Below, one piece after another: positions 13,953 through 28,339 of a stretch of 64,000 bases of DNA. Position 1 is the first letter of the stretch; each line of letters starts with the position of its first letter. The notes below the pieces were generated by a model. It saw only the letters and a list, made by a program, of their open reading frames with translations. It did no database searches and was not told the origin of the DNA. The position numbers and the translations under genes were made by a program. Source of the stretch: Eledone cirrhosa (taxonomy: Eukaryota); assembly GCA_964016885.1 (NCBI GenBank), contig OZ024741.1:252960001-253024000 (forward strand), written 5' to 3'.

Positions 13953-14295
13953 ATATATTTATATATATACATGCATGATGGTTGCCCCCACGTTATCGAG
14001 TATGGCCATTGCATGATATACCATTATTAATAATTATTAATTAATTCTATTATGCAAAGCCTGTGCATGAAGATATTTTTTAAAGTGTGGAAAGACTGTG
14101 CACTGAGCAACAGTAGTTATAACCCCGAAAAGAAGAAAAGATCAACATCATTGGTAATTACTGAGCCGCAGGTTTTATTAAGGCGTTATCCCAGTTTCCT
14201 GAGTTGGCTTCTCCTAGAAGTATACCCTGACAAAGTCTAGGGTGCCTTCACTCCCAGTGGTTTAACCACGTGGTACATGTGTATATACATATTTA

Positions 14296-14495
14296 AACAC
14301 TTTTGGATGGCTGTTGACTCTTATGAGTCCTTCTGCCCTTTGTCAGGTTTTTTTTTTGTCCTGCAGGGTGTCCAAAATCACCCTCCTCACCAAGTAAACT
14401 TGGTGGCGTTGCCAGTTTAGTCGCCGACGACCCAACCATGCAACAGGTTGTACTGGGTTATATGTTACCAGTAGCACTCAAGAGTGACCCGACAT
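14296..14495 (-). mobile_element. Probable LINE 5' UTR fragment
   Basis: GC-balanced insert between TA tracts (gggtcactcttgagtgctactggtaac...ggtgaggagggtgattttggacaccctgcagg on the minus strand); resembles RTE-type 5' UTRs from memory only. Confidence 0.3.
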
Positions 14496-14724
14496 AGATA
14501 TATATATACCTACATACATATATGCATACATACATTCATATATATATATATATATATATAGAATATTTAAGTATCGTGAAAGAGAAGAAGAGGTTTAAAG
14601 GGATAAGCGATACATATAGTTAGTTGCCAAAAGGTTGTGCATTTGTGCTCAATACTTGTGCCTACAGGGTTAAATATTGGGAGCATTAATATTTAGTGGG
14701 CGAGAAAATAAGCAGAGCGGTTAC

Positions 14725-14944
14725 AAATGAAAGGATTACAAAGGAGAATATGTACTGTTAGAACATGTTTATATAAAAGCACCTACGTACGTTTTGCCCG
14801 AAGAGGGCTTCTCAAGGGCATAGAAAACTAACACTCTTTAGTTTTCTATGCCCTTGAGAAGCCCTCTTTGGGCGAAACGTACGTAGGTGCTTTTATATAA
14901 ACATGTTCTAACAGTATATATTCTCCTTTGTAATCCTTTCATTT
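14725..14944. repeat. ~105-bp-arm fold-back palindrome carrying variant hammerhead motifs in both arms
   Basis: Near-perfect arms, axis ~14835. Right arm gcc-cttgagaa-gccc-tcttt-gggc-GAAA-cgtacg-TA-ggt; left arm has GAAA>AAAA. The element continues leftward to ~14560 with gtgctcaa (TTGAG motif, minus strand). Confidence 0.85.
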
Positions 14945-14984
<40 letters not shown>

Positions 14985-15082
14985 ACGTTTAACGTCCGTG
15001 TTCCACGCTTGCATGGGTTTGGACGGGGGTTTTCCCACTTGAGGCAAGAGTGATTGTCTTGCTCGCATAGGACTGTCTGGCA
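14945..15082 (-). mobile_element. Extremely 5'-truncated copy of the RTE LINE (3' end only)
   Basis: Near-identical to 59667-59783, including the (cat)n tail. Confidence 0.9.
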
Positions 15083-15107
15083 TTTATATATATATATATA
15101 TATATAT

Positions 15108-15170
15108 ACTCTGCTATATATTGAGTACCCTACTTACTACGGTTACCCCTGATTAAACCCAGGATAAACA
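15108..15170 (+). mobile_element. 3' tail fragment of hammerhead element family (cf. 27921-27983)
   Basis: actct...attgagtacc...tacccctga.tt...caggat shared with 27921-27983. Confidence 0.6.
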
Positions 15171-15245
15171 TATATATATATATATATAATGGTTGCATTC
15201 TTTAAGGGTATGTCAATATTTATTTATAAAACTGCTCTATATTAT

Positions 15246-15308
15246 ATTTCATCTGATGAAAGCACACCATAATTTAACTTGGTGTCCTTGAAATATGTAT
15301 AATGAAAT
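15246..15308 (+). ncRNA. Type I minimal hammerhead motif, intact core, within element 15188-15440
   Basis: Stem I atttcat/atgaaat; CTGATGA; stem II aagcacacca/tggtgtcctt; GAAA; short stem III tatgta; ATA triplet; TTGAGTGC at 15371. Confidence 0.75.
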
Positions 15309-15754
15309 GAATATGGTTTTATAAATATAGTTTCCATTTGTTAATATCGTATTTTTACTCCAATTATTTGTTGAGTGCTTTATATCAGTTGTAAAAATAT
15401 TTGCTTGTTGCACCCCAACAATTTAAATAGAACTTCTACATACATAAATATATATATATAAAGCAACTGGTGCTTGTGTTTCTTATTGGCAACATGACCC
15501 TCCCAAAGCATAACAATATATATATAAATATATATATATAATGATTATAACTATATTATATTAATATCAGTATTATTATATATATATAATTTATACATCA
15601 GTGTGCTGTGTGTATAATAAGTGTCACCAATGAGTCTAAAAATATTCATTGATACCAATCGGTTCTTATTAACCAAGTTGTTATAGTTATATTCCTTCAA
15701 TTTTTATTTCCATCTCTGTCATTACCAGCACTATCTCACCCCATCACTCTCTCT

Positions 15755-18700
15755 CACACACATATATACACACGCACTCACACACACATATATACACACA
15801 TACTTACACACACATCCACACACACTCACACACACACATATATATACCACATACATACACACTCACACACACATATATATATACTCACATACATACACAC
15901 ACTTATACACACATACATACACACACATATGCACATACATACACACACATATTCACAGGCATACATATATATACACACATACGCATACATTAACACACAC
16001 ACACACACATACACACACACATACATTCACACAAACACACACACATACTGTCACACACACACACATACATGCATACACACATACACACAAACACACACAA
16101 ACCCACACACATACACATACAGTCACGCACACATACACACATACACACACACATATACACAGCACACACTCCATCTCACTTGGGAGGAAATCCATAAAAA
16201 TAAAGCCATCTGGAGAAGACAACATAAACCCTATGTAATGACTCTTGGTGGAGGCTTCCCAATCGTTCAGTAACAGTCATCACCACCACCACCACCACCA
16301 CCACCACCACCACCATCACTGCCAACACCCCCCACCACCACCACCATCACTGCCAACACCCCCCACCACCACCACCACCATCACTGCCAACACCCCCCAC
16401 CACCACCATCACTGCCAACACCCCCACCACCACCACTGCCAACACCACCACCACCACCATCACCACCACCACCATCACTGCCAACACCCCCCACCACCAC
16501 CATCACCACCACCGCCATCACTGCCAACACCATCACCACCACCGCCATCACTGCCAACACCACCACCGCCATCACTGCCAACACCACCACCACCGCCATC
16601 ACTGCCCCCCCCATCACCACCACCGCCATCACTGCCACCACCACCACCATCACCACCACCGCCATCACTGCCAACATCACCACCACCACCATCACCACCA
16701 CCACCATCACTGCCAACATCACCACCACCGCCATCACTGCCAACACCCCCACCCCCAACACCACCATCACTGCCAACATCACCACCACCATCACCACCAC
16801 CGCCATCACGGCCAACACCCCCACCATCGCCATCACCACCACCACCACCACCATTGTCACTATCACCATCACTGCCCCACTATCACTATTGCTACCACCA
16901 CTACTAGTAGTACCACTGTCACACCATCATTATCAGCGGCACCACCACCACTAACATTACACAATCATCATCCCCACCACCACCATCAACACCACCACCA
17001 CCACTGCTATCATCATCGCTATTCTACCACCACCTCCATCACCACCACCAGCATCATCATCACTATCACCACCACCACCACCACCATCACACCATCATTG
17101 TCACCACAACCTCCATGACCTCCACCACCACCACTACCATCACACCATCTTTATCACCACCACCATCATCATCACTATCCCACCATCGCAATCATTATCA
17201 GCACCACCACCACCATTACACCATCTTTAACCCCACCACCATCATCATCACTATCCCACCATCACAATCATTATCACCACCACCACCACCATCTCCACCA
17301 CCACCACCTCCACCTTCACCAACACCACCACCACCACCATCTCCACCACCACCACCTCCACCTTCACCAACACCACCACCACCACCAGCATCATCATCAC
17401 TATCCAACCATCACTATTGTCAACACTACTACCATCACCATCACACCATCATTTTCATCATCACCACCAACACCTATCATCATCATCATCATCATCATCA
17501 TCATTATCAGCCCCACCACTGTCACCATCGCTACCCCACCATCATTCTCCTCATCACCATCAACACTGTCATCACCATCATCATACTACACAATACGATA
17601 ATTCATTCCACTCCACTTCACTACACATTATGCTGTACCATGCTTCTCTACTACACTATACTACACCACATTACACTACACTATACTACACCACACTACA
17701 CTATACTACACCACACTACACTACACTGCTCCACACTACATTACACTGCACTACATCATACTACACGATACAACACCACAACATACTAGAGTAGACCACA
17801 CTATACTACACCACACTACACTACACTATACTACACTACACCACATTACACAACACTACACCACACTACCCTACACCACATTATACTACACTACACTACA
17901 CAACATTACACAACACTATGCTACACCACACTACACGACACTACCCTATACTACATTATACTACACTACACCACATGACACTACACCACACTACACAACA
18001 CTACCCTACACAACACTACCCTACACCACATTATACAACATTACACTACACAACACTACCCTATACTACATTATACTACACTACACCACACTACACTACA
18101 CCACACTACACAACACTACCCTACACCACATTATACTACACTACACCACACTACACTACACCACACTACACAACACTACACCACACTACACGACACTACC
18201 CTATACTACATTACACTACACCACACTACACTACACCACACTACACAACACTACCTTACACCACATTATACTACACTACACTACACTACACAACACTACC
18301 CTATACTACATTATACTACACTACACGACACTACACTACCCTACACAACACTACCCTACACCACATTATACTACACTACACCGCACTACACTACACCACA
18401 CTACACAACACTACGCTACACCACACTACACGACACTAACCTACACCACATTATACTACACAACACTACACAACACAACACTAACCTACACCACATTATA
18501 CTCCACTACACCACACTACACAAACTACCCTACACCGCACTTCACCACACTACACAACACTAAACAACACTACCTTACACCACACTACACTACACAACAC
18601 TACCCTACACCACACTACACAACACTACCCTACACAACACTAGACAACACTACCTTACACCACACTACACAACACTGCCCTACACCACACTACACAACAC

Positions 18701-18850
18701 TACCCTACACCACATTACACAACACTACCCTACACCACACTACACCACACTACCCTACACCACACTACACCACACTACACAACACTACCCTACACCACAC
18801 TACACAACACTACCCTACACCACACTACACAACACTAATCTACAACACAT
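15755..18850. repeat. (CA)n, (CAC/ACC)n and (CACTA)n-type microsatellite fields
   Basis: Direct reading; pentamer array 17650-18850. Confidence 0.9.
16180..16230 (-). CDS. Possible micro-exon of an unidentified host gene (VYVVFSRWLYFYGFPP)
   Basis: Unique island between microsatellites; minus-strand tag acceptor and gtgaga donor; 51 nt, frame-preserving. No homology recognised. Confidence 0.2.
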
Positions 18851-18877
18851 TACATGACTTTTTTTTCTTAACAATTT

Positions 18878-19107
18878 ACAAGGTCACAGACCTCGTTTGC
18901 TTAACGATTGGGGGGTGGAATTCGTCAGATTTGACCAAGGAAACAATGTTTCCATTAATCTTTCCATTGCTGATACTATCTATTGGTTGTGACTCTTGGC
19001 AGGAAGAGCAATGTAAAATAAAGTGTCTTGCTCAAGGACAAAGGAATTGAACTTGCAACCTCATGATTTTGAATGCAATTTTCAACCACTAAGCCACATG
19101 CCTTTGC
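18878..19107 (-). mobile_element. SINE family C (also at 48626-48853)
   Basis: Shared ggaaacaatgtttccatt...ctttcca.ttgct.atactatcta and a tRNA-like head. Confidence 0.65.
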
Positions 19108-20055
19108 ACATTACTAAGCTGTACTATATCACACTACACTACATTACAATAAACCACACTATACCAAATTACATTACACTACACAGCACTACATTACACA
19201 ACACAACACTATATACACTACACTACATTACACTACACAACACAACACTACACTACACAACACAACACTACACTACAATACCACACTACACTACACAATG
19301 CCACACTACACAACATCACACTACACAACACAACACCACATTAAACTACACTACACAACACCACACTACTCTACACAACACAACGCCACATTAAACTACA
19401 CTAGACACCACTACACTACACTACACCACATTATACTGTATATGAAACCTAACAAAAACTAGTATTTAAACTCTAAACTCAGTAAAAGTAAAACTGATAG
19501 TTCAAACTATTTTTACTAAAGTATTACCTGACATATGGAGAGTATACTGTGACACTGACACATCAGGTAATGTTACATAGATAAATAAACAAACAAACAA
19601 ACAAATAAATAAATAAATAAATAAGTAAAAAAATAAACAAATAAATAAATAAATAAATAAATAAGTAAAAAAATAAACAAATAAATAATAATAATTAATA
19701 AACACAAACCAATAAATAAAAATATAATTAATTGATTTATGGAAAATAAATGAAAATGATATTAATTGATAAATGTATGTAAAATAAAGCAAATATCTGA
19801 ATCTATTATATAAATATATAAATATTGGGTGTGTGAGTGTATGTAGGGTTATGAGCTACATATACTTGATATCAGGGATAGCTTTGATTTGTTCTAGATG
19901 TTATTTATGTTCAGGTTTGGGTAACAGAGTCTTATTTACAAAAAACACACACACACACATATATATGTAAATCTCTCTCTCTCTCCCCTCTCTTGCTCTC
20001 TCTCCCCTCTCTTGCTCTCTCTCCCTCTCTCTCTATATATATATATATTTATATA

Positions 20056-20088
<33 letters not shown>

Positions 20089-20090
<2 letters not shown>

Positions 20091-20431
20091 TCATCATCAT
20101 CATCATCATTTTACAGCCGCTTTTCCCTGCTTGCAAGGGTGGGACGGGAACTGATTCTGGCTTGATTTCTACAGCTGGATGCCCTTCCTAACACCAACCT
20201 CATTTACAGTGAGTGCTGGGTGCTTTTATGCCGTGGCACCTCCGCGACCACTTTGCAGTGGAATGATAGGGACCCCAGTCCCTATCATCTCATTTCTACA
20301 GCTGAGTAAACTGGAGCAATGTGAAATAAAGTGTCTTGCTCAAGGAAACAACACATCACCTGGGCTGAGAATTGAACTCACAATCTTTCGATTGCAAAGC
20401 CAATGCTCTAACCACTAAGCCATATGCCTCC
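20089..20431 (-). mobile_element. SINE family A
   Basis: Full-length copy with (cat)n tail, in (TA)n. Confidence 0.9.
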
Positions 20432-20451
20432 ATATACACATATATATATAT

Positions 20452-20514
<63 letters not shown>

Positions 20515-20858
20515 CATTTCATCATCATCATTTCATTTTACGTCCGCTTTTCCCTGCTTGCAAGGGTGGGACGGGAACTGATTCTGGCTTGATTTCTACA
20601 GCTGGATGCCCTTCCTAACACCAACCTCATTTACAGTGAGTGCTGGGTGCTTTTTTGCCGTGGCACCTACACGACCACTTTGCAGTGGAATGATAGGGAC
20701 CCCAGTCCCTATCATCTCATTTCTACAGCTGAGTAAACTGGAGCAATTTGAAATAAAGTGTCTTGCTCAAGGAAACAACACACCACCCGGTCTGAGAATT
20801 GAACTCACAACCTTTCGATTGCAAGGCCAATGCTCTAACCACTAAGCCATGTGCCTCC
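20515..20858 (-). mobile_element. SINE family A
   Basis: Full-length copy next to the previous one. Confidence 0.9.
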
Positions 20859-20877
20859 ATTTACCTCCATGTACCTC

Positions 20878-21276
<399 letters not shown>

Positions 21277-21289
21277 ATATATATATATA

Positions 21290-21494
21290 CAAATAATTGG
21301 AGTAAAAATACGATATTAACAAATGGAGACTATATTTATAAAACCATATTTATTTCATTATACATATTTCAAGGACACCAAGTTAAATTATGGTGTGCTT
21401 TCATCAGATAAAATATAATATAGAGCAGTTTTATAAATAAATATTGACATACCCTTAAAGAATGCAACCATTACTGTTGGAAGCTCCCGGATAG
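21290..21494 (-). mobile_element. Second copy of the 15188-15370 hammerhead element (motif at 21352-21414)
   Basis: Reverse complement of 15188-15370 with few substitutions; core intact, one stem I mismatch. Confidence 0.85.
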
Positions 21495-21548
21495 TATATA
21501 TATATATAATTATATACATATGATATTATTAATTCATATATATATATA

Positions 21549-21605
<57 letters not shown>

Positions 21606-21616
21606 GATATTATTAA

Positions 21617-21826
<210 letters not shown>

Positions 21827-22090
21827 AATTAATAATATCATGGAAAAAAAGGAATAAAAGTAAATGAATAAATAAATAGATATGAAAAATAAATAAAAAT
21901 CTATATGAAAAATAAATAAAAAACAAATGAATTCATAAATATATGATAAATGAATAAAAACAATAGAATAACTAAAAAGATATATGAAAAAATGTGTCTT
22001 CAGTTCTTTCAGTCATGTCCACTACACAACCTCTTTCACCTTAACAAATACAGGAAAACTGCTTGGTCTTCTCAGCCAAGGTGGTGTATA

Positions 22091-23038
22091 ATAACTGTTT
22101 CCACTTTTGGCACAAGGCCAGGAATTACCCAGTACATTACTGGTACTTTATTTTATCAACCCGGTAAGGATGAAAGGCAAAGTTGACCTCGGCGCGATTT
22201 GAACTCAGAATAGAATGGGCCGCAACTCTATGCGTCATAGCATGGCGTCTGACCCTCTACCGATACTGCCAATCCACCGTAATAATACTGGTTTCTGATT
22301 CAGGCAGAAGGCCAGCAATTTGAGGGAGATGAATTTGATTAAATCGACCTCAGTGCATTACTGGTACTTTATTTTATCAACCCCGTAAATATGAAAGGCA
22401 AAGCTAACCTCGGCAGGATTGGAACAAAGAGTGTAAAGGGACGTAACTCTATGCTACAAAACGTGTTTTCCGATGCTCTACCGATTCTGCCAATCCACCG
22501 CCCTCAAATAATGGTTTCTGATTTAGACAGAATGCCAACAATTTAGAGGAGGGGAAAGTTCATTAAATCAACCCAGTACATTACTGGTACTTTATATTTT
22601 ATCGACTCCGCAAGGGTGAAAGGCAAAGCTAATCTAGGCGGGATTTGAACTCAGAACATAAAAGCCTGTAACTATATGCTACAAAGCATGCTGTTCGACA
22701 CTCTACTGATTCTGCCAATCCACTGCCTTCAAATAATTGTTTCTACTATTAGCACAAGGCCAGCAATTATCCAGTACATTACTGGTACTTTATTTTATCG
22801 ACCCCGTAAGGATGAAAGGAAAAGTTAACCTCGGCGGCATTTGAACTCAGAATGGCAAGGGCCATAGCTCTATGTGTCAAAGCAAGGCGTCCGACCCACT
22901 GCTTTCAAATAATGGTTTCTGATTTAGACACAAAGCCAACAATTTAGGGGGAGGGGAGGTCATTTAAATTGTCCCCAGTGCCTTAATAGTACTTTACTTT
23001 TAACAAAGCTAACCTCAGCAGGATTTGAACTCAGAATG
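22091..23038 (-). mobile_element. Head-to-tail array of ~5 SINE family B copies (Deu/Nin-like domain)
   Basis: Repeated ggtactttattttatcgaccccgtaaggatgaaaggcaaagttaacctcggc..gatttgaactcagaa (box B on minus strand), with (aat)n tails. Confidence 0.8.
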
Positions 23039-23629
23039 AATATGAAAAGTAATAAATATAAATATATAAATAAACAATATTATAATATTGTAATTCACTA
23101 TGGTTGCATTTGGCTAAAATGATTCATAACATTGATCACAGTCAAACACTACAAATTCTTTGTAGCCTTCCCTGTCCTCTAGTTTTCTTTCTTTACTGAT
23201 TCTTTACCAGATCTTCTCAACTGATATTTATAGTTATTGCCTATTATTATTGTCATTTGTGTTAGGACACACACATTTCAAATTCTTTCAATACTTTTGA
23301 AGTTCACTGCTTTCTTTACACTACAAATATAATATTAAAGAAAATGGTGATTTGAGAAAAAGGTAAGAAAAGAAATTGAAATATGGAATATATTTACCTA
23401 AATGTATATTCCATTCATCAAAAAGAAAGAGTAAAGGCTAAAAAAAGAATGTTACTTCATAGAAATGCTAAAAGCATTCGGTCTTCATTCAAAAGTTCCT
23501 ATATTAATAAAATATATTAAACAGCTAACATCCCTTTCTTGTTATTTAAATCTCTGAGAATATTTTTGGCACTCCCAGGAAGACAAACAGAGAAAATATA
23601 TTAAACATTATACTGGGACATTATATATA

Positions 23630-23978
23630 GACATCAAACACTCCTTCCAGTAGGTCCTGTCAGAAACAAATGTCTCCAACTGGTCCAGCTGGATCCCCAA
23701 ATAAGACCAACCCATCTCATGGATGTTATCCAACCATCTTGCTCGGAGTCTACTCCTGGGTCTCCTGCTAGTTGGATTTGCCTGTGAAACCTGTCCAGCG
23801 ATTCTTTCCTGAGACATTCTAACCACATGTCCATAATATCGTACCTGTGATCTCTCAATTTGGAGAAGTAACAGTTCTACCTGGAGTGACTCGCTGATCT
23901 CCGAATTACACTCTTTATCGAGTAACGTTACTCCAAAGACCCTTTAGAGGAATCCCATTTCAGCCACTTGTATTCGCA
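23630..23978 (-). pseudogene. Decayed RTE LINE ORF C-terminal fragment
   Basis: Translates to RIQVAEMGFL...GHVVRMSQERI...RPRSRLRARWLD; homologous to 39745-40200. Confidence 0.75.
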
Positions 23979-24123
23979 CACACTAACTTGGCTGGATTTA
24001 AGCTCAGAAATGTAAAGAGCAAGAACAAATACCATCAAGCATTTTATGTGATGCTCTATCAATTCTACCTATCTACCAACTGTTCCACTGAACATTATAT
24101 AAATATATCTTCTATGTTGTAAC

Positions 24124-24335
24124 AGCATGGTTTAGTGGTTAGGGTGTTCAGCTCACAATCATGAGGTCATGAGTTTGATTCCTGGTGGTCTATTGTGTTC
24201 TTGAGCAAGGCACTATATTTTATGTTGCTCCAGTTCATTCAGCTGACAAAAAATGAGTTGTACCTCTAATTCAAAAGACCAAACTTATCACATACTGAAT
24301 TACGCTGAATCTCCCTGAGAATTTCATTAAGGGAA
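24124..24335 (+). mobile_element. Older tRNA-derived SINE (Meta-like domain)
   Basis: tggtttagtgg box A, gagtttgattcc box B, cttgagcaaggcact...gctccagttcattcagctg. Confidence 0.7.
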
Positions 24336-24450
24336 CAGTAAGTTCCATTTCCTTTCCATTTCATTCCACTATACTATAACACACTATCAGGATCATTATC
24401 ATCACCATCATCATCATAATCAACATCATCATCATCATCATCACCATCAA

Positions 24451-24494
<44 letters not shown>

Positions 24495-25565
24495 CCCAAA
24501 CCAAGGAAACCAATCCTTAGCAGATGTCTTGATCAATCATCATTTTTCATATTTCTGAGACAGTAATCCATGGAACTTATGAGCTATTTCCACAACGGTT
24601 ATGTCACCCAAGTGTAGGCAGACATTACATTAGATTTGAGTGTATGGGGGGGGGGGGGTATCTTACAGCTGCCTGCCAATCATAGTCTCTATGTGTATCT
24701 AATATATGTGTGTGTGTGTGTACATATATGTGTGTGTATGTGTGTACATGATTATGTATGTGTGCATGTGTGTGTGTGTGCATGTATGTAACAGCATGTT
24801 TGCATCATATATGTGTGTGTGTGCATATATGTGCATGTATGTTTGTCTGTGATAATAATAATAATGACGTTAATAGTAATAATTGTTTCTACTTTTGGCA
24901 CAAGGCCAGTAATTATTTCAGTGCTACAGGTTTGACAACAAATCTATCAGAGAGTAACTGATATTTCAATAGTTTGCCCTTTTCTGTCTGACAATAACTA
25001 CATTTACCTCCTCACTAAAACATAAACACTCAGCAGTGAGCTTCTACACTGTCTAAGTAATTTCACTCTCGAAGCATTGATCAACTGCGATACTTGCTCA
25101 AGGTGCCACATGATTGGATTGTATCTAAAAACTTATGGCATAATAATGAAGAGAACCTCGTTCTTGGGCATCCATATGTCTCATGAAACTGGATCTACAC
25201 CTAGAAAGTTTCTTTCAAATATACGAAACATCACCAAGTTTTTTAGTGTAAAATGTTGGTAGTCACCTATAATGTAAGTCTCTCTCTCTCCCCATGCCTC
25301 TGATATTGTCAAAGGGATAGATAAGCATACAAGGACTGACACAATGTGACACCAATGATATTGCTGGCAAACTCAGAATGAAAAGGGACTGAAAGAGATG
25401 CCACAAGGTATGACATTAGACAACATCTTCATCACCAATAATTCTGTCCATTCACTACTCTGAACTTATACTTTATTTATTGGCTCTAAATAGATGCAGA
25501 GCTGACCTGAGCAAGAATTGAATTCAGAACACAACGATCTAAAACAAATATCCTGAAGCATTTAA

Positions 25566-25789
25566 CCCTTTAGCATTTAAACCAGCCATATTCTGGCCAG
25601 AATTCTCTCACTTCTTTCTGTTCAAAGTTGCTGTAACTGGCCACTCATACAAATATTATGGTATTGTTCTCAAAATAAATAATATCAAAATCTCATAGAT
25701 TCGATATTATGGGCAATAATTATGTGAGGTAAAAACTTTATCATGAAAATATAATAGTATATATATAGAGTAATGTAAATAGTAAAGGG
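25566..25789. mobile_element. piggyBac-like (TTAA) MITE
   Basis: TTAA|ccctttagcattta ... taaatagtaaaggg|TTAA. Confidence 0.6.
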
Positions 25790-25939
25790 TTAAACTAATT
25801 GCTCTAATGTCTTTGCCAATTTTTCTACCTATTGACCAGATGGCTATTCCATTGCACAGAAGAAGGGAAGGGTCCCCTTCAATCATGAGTGACCATAAGT
25901 TTGCACATAGAAACTTTTATTTGGAGAACCAGCAGCCAC

Positions 25940-26135
25940 CCATGATTGCCAGTCTCTCCTCTCCATGTCACCAATGTTGCCTAAGAGAAAGAAAAGCTTG
26001 GCATTAGTGATATCACAACTTTTCCTGTTGAGTGAACTGGAGCAATGTGAAATAAAGTGTTTCTCTCATTTGGTCCAGGAATCAAACTGACAACTTTATA
26101 ATTGATATACAAACACTATAACCACTAAGCTTCCA
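25940..26135 (-). mobile_element. Decayed SINE
   Basis: gagtgaactggagcaatgtgaaataaagtg...taaccactaagc, as in family A. Confidence 0.6.
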
Positions 26136-26420
26136 TTGCACATAAGGTACCAGCTAGAAACCAGTAAGAGGTCTACATAAAACTTGGGTTTAACTCACAC
26201 AAGTCTGAATTTTACACATAGGCTTCATATATATGTCATCATGATCATGATCATCAACATTGTTTTTACATTCATTTTTCCATGCTTGCATGGGTTGGAC
26301 GGATGTATATATATATATATATATATACATATGTATTTATTTTTTATGTATATATGTATGCATATATATATATACATATATATATATATGTATATATACA
26401 CACATACATACATATATGTA

Positions 26421-26468
<48 letters not shown>

Positions 26469-27610
26469 TACATAAAATAATAAGAACATCACTGAGTGAA
26501 CGAAAGAACTCCTATGGGATCGCATGATTTGTTAGAAACTGCAGTGAAATATTCCTCAAATCATATACCCAACAGTGATTTAAAAATAACCCATCAGTTA
26601 ATGTGACCCTAGGTGACAACTAGAACAGGAATATCTTTTGATGAGAGCTGGCCTTGGGCTAAAACATCAAAAAAAATATCTATCTGCTGAAACTGCAAAA
26701 CTATTTTTACAAAACATCTGTAGAAAATTCTATATAAAACAGCAGAGAAAATGTATTGCCTAAAGTGTATGCAAAATTATGTGCAGAATTTATATAGAAA
26801 GAGGGAAAATTTTATAAAATTCTCCCACCCCCTAAAACACACTTTTCTATGGGAAAAAAAAAAAAAAAAGAATTGCAACTCCAAAATTGACATAAATTTA
26901 GCACAATTTATACAAATTTTACATAATTTTTACTCATTATGAACAAATATCAACACCATTCTATACATAAACAAATCTAGATATTATAATAATTCCACAC
27001 AAAAATTATTACAATTTCAACAAGAAGATTATTTAAGTATCTCAAACATTATTCAAAATTTCAAGAGAACATTATATAAATAAATTATAATAAATACCCC
27101 ACAGAAATTATGGAAAATCTCTATCTTACATCTACAACATTTTTACACTCTAAACCACACTAACCAACAAAAATATCTACAATAAACTCAACATACCTAC
27201 AAATAACTGTAAATAATTACTAAAACTTCCCACAATATATTCACTAATATCTACTCTAAAATCCACACAATCCACACTAAACTTTACACACTAACTCCAG
27301 AAACTTCCACGCCATAACTAGACTAACCTCCACATCATACCACCACAAATTTCCACACTTACACTAAAATACACTAAATACCACACCATACCTCCATAAA
27401 ACTTGGAATAATAACTATAATAAACTTTAAACAATGCTTCCACTAAACTTACATAACTACACAGGGCTGGACTTTCACCTGCTCAGGCCCCAACTTATAT
27501 GAAATTCAAGGGTCTTTTCTTAAAAAATTTGGTTAAAATATTTTTAGATGCATGATTATTATTTGTTGTAATTATATATATATATAAACCATAAAGAGAG
27601 ACGAACACAG

Positions 27611-27641
<31 letters not shown>

Positions 27642-27761
27642 TTTAAATCACAAGGGACAAAAACCGCCAGAGACTAATTTGAGTTTTTAACTCAATATAT
27701 ACTTTTGATATATATATATGTATATATATATGTGTGTATATATATCATCATTTTACGTCTG

Positions 27762-27839
<78 letters not shown>

Positions 27840-27840
<1 letters not shown>

Positions 27841-27985
27841 TTCATCAGGAATGATTTCATATGAATGAAACAGTTCTAGTCCTGTAGAAGCCATTTCTAT
27901 ATTAAATTTTTGATGTTTTCACTCTACTAATGTATTGAGTACCTTATTCACTGTGGGTACCCCTGAATTAACTCAGGATCTACTT
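27840..27985 (+). mobile_element. Hammerhead element with its 5' core inverted
   Basis: tcatcaggaa (reverse complement of ttcCTGATGA) joined to atgatttcatatgaatGAAAcagtTCtagtcct; TTGAGTAC at 27935; compare the collinear 42377-42421. Confidence 0.6.
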
Positions 27986-27999
27986 ATATATATATATAT

Positions 28000-28197
28000 A
28001 AGAAAAGGTTCAGGACCCTGATGGCAGAGCTCAAGCCATTTCAACGGCTATTTCTGCGTCCAGAAATAGCTGCCAAAACGGCTTGAGCTCTGCCGTCGGG
28101 GTCCTGAACCTTTTCCTATTACCCACTCTACTACCCAAAGTATCGAGTACTCTGGTACGTTATGGTCCACCTGGTTCCTTACCACACTTCCTTCATT
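28000..28197 (+). mobile_element. Palindromic half-hammerhead element, family H
   Basis: Hairpin 28000-28117 plus tail attacccactctactacc...tcgagtac...ggtccacctggttccttacc; copies at 37438 and 48906. Confidence 0.8.
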
Positions 28198-28339
28198 ATA
28201 TATATATATGTATAAGTTTTGAGGATTTAGTGTTAAAGAATAAAATCTAATGATAAAATAAAAATATATTTTGAAAAAGAGTCCCCTGAAGATGTGTGAC
28301 TCAAATCTATAGATTATTTAGCTCACAGGTAAATCTACC

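Noticed and set aside
14063-14103. gtgca-tgaaga...gaaa-gac-tg-tgcac hammerhead-like string
   Set aside because: Core C missing, weak stem II and non-cleavable triplet; could be chance.
20179-20418. Recurrent 79-aa ORF MPFLTPTS... (also at 20606, 48168, 51334)
   Set aside because: Antisense reading of SINE family A.
20370-20431. tRNA genes
   Set aside because: A/B boxes belong to SINE heads; no complete cloverleaf.
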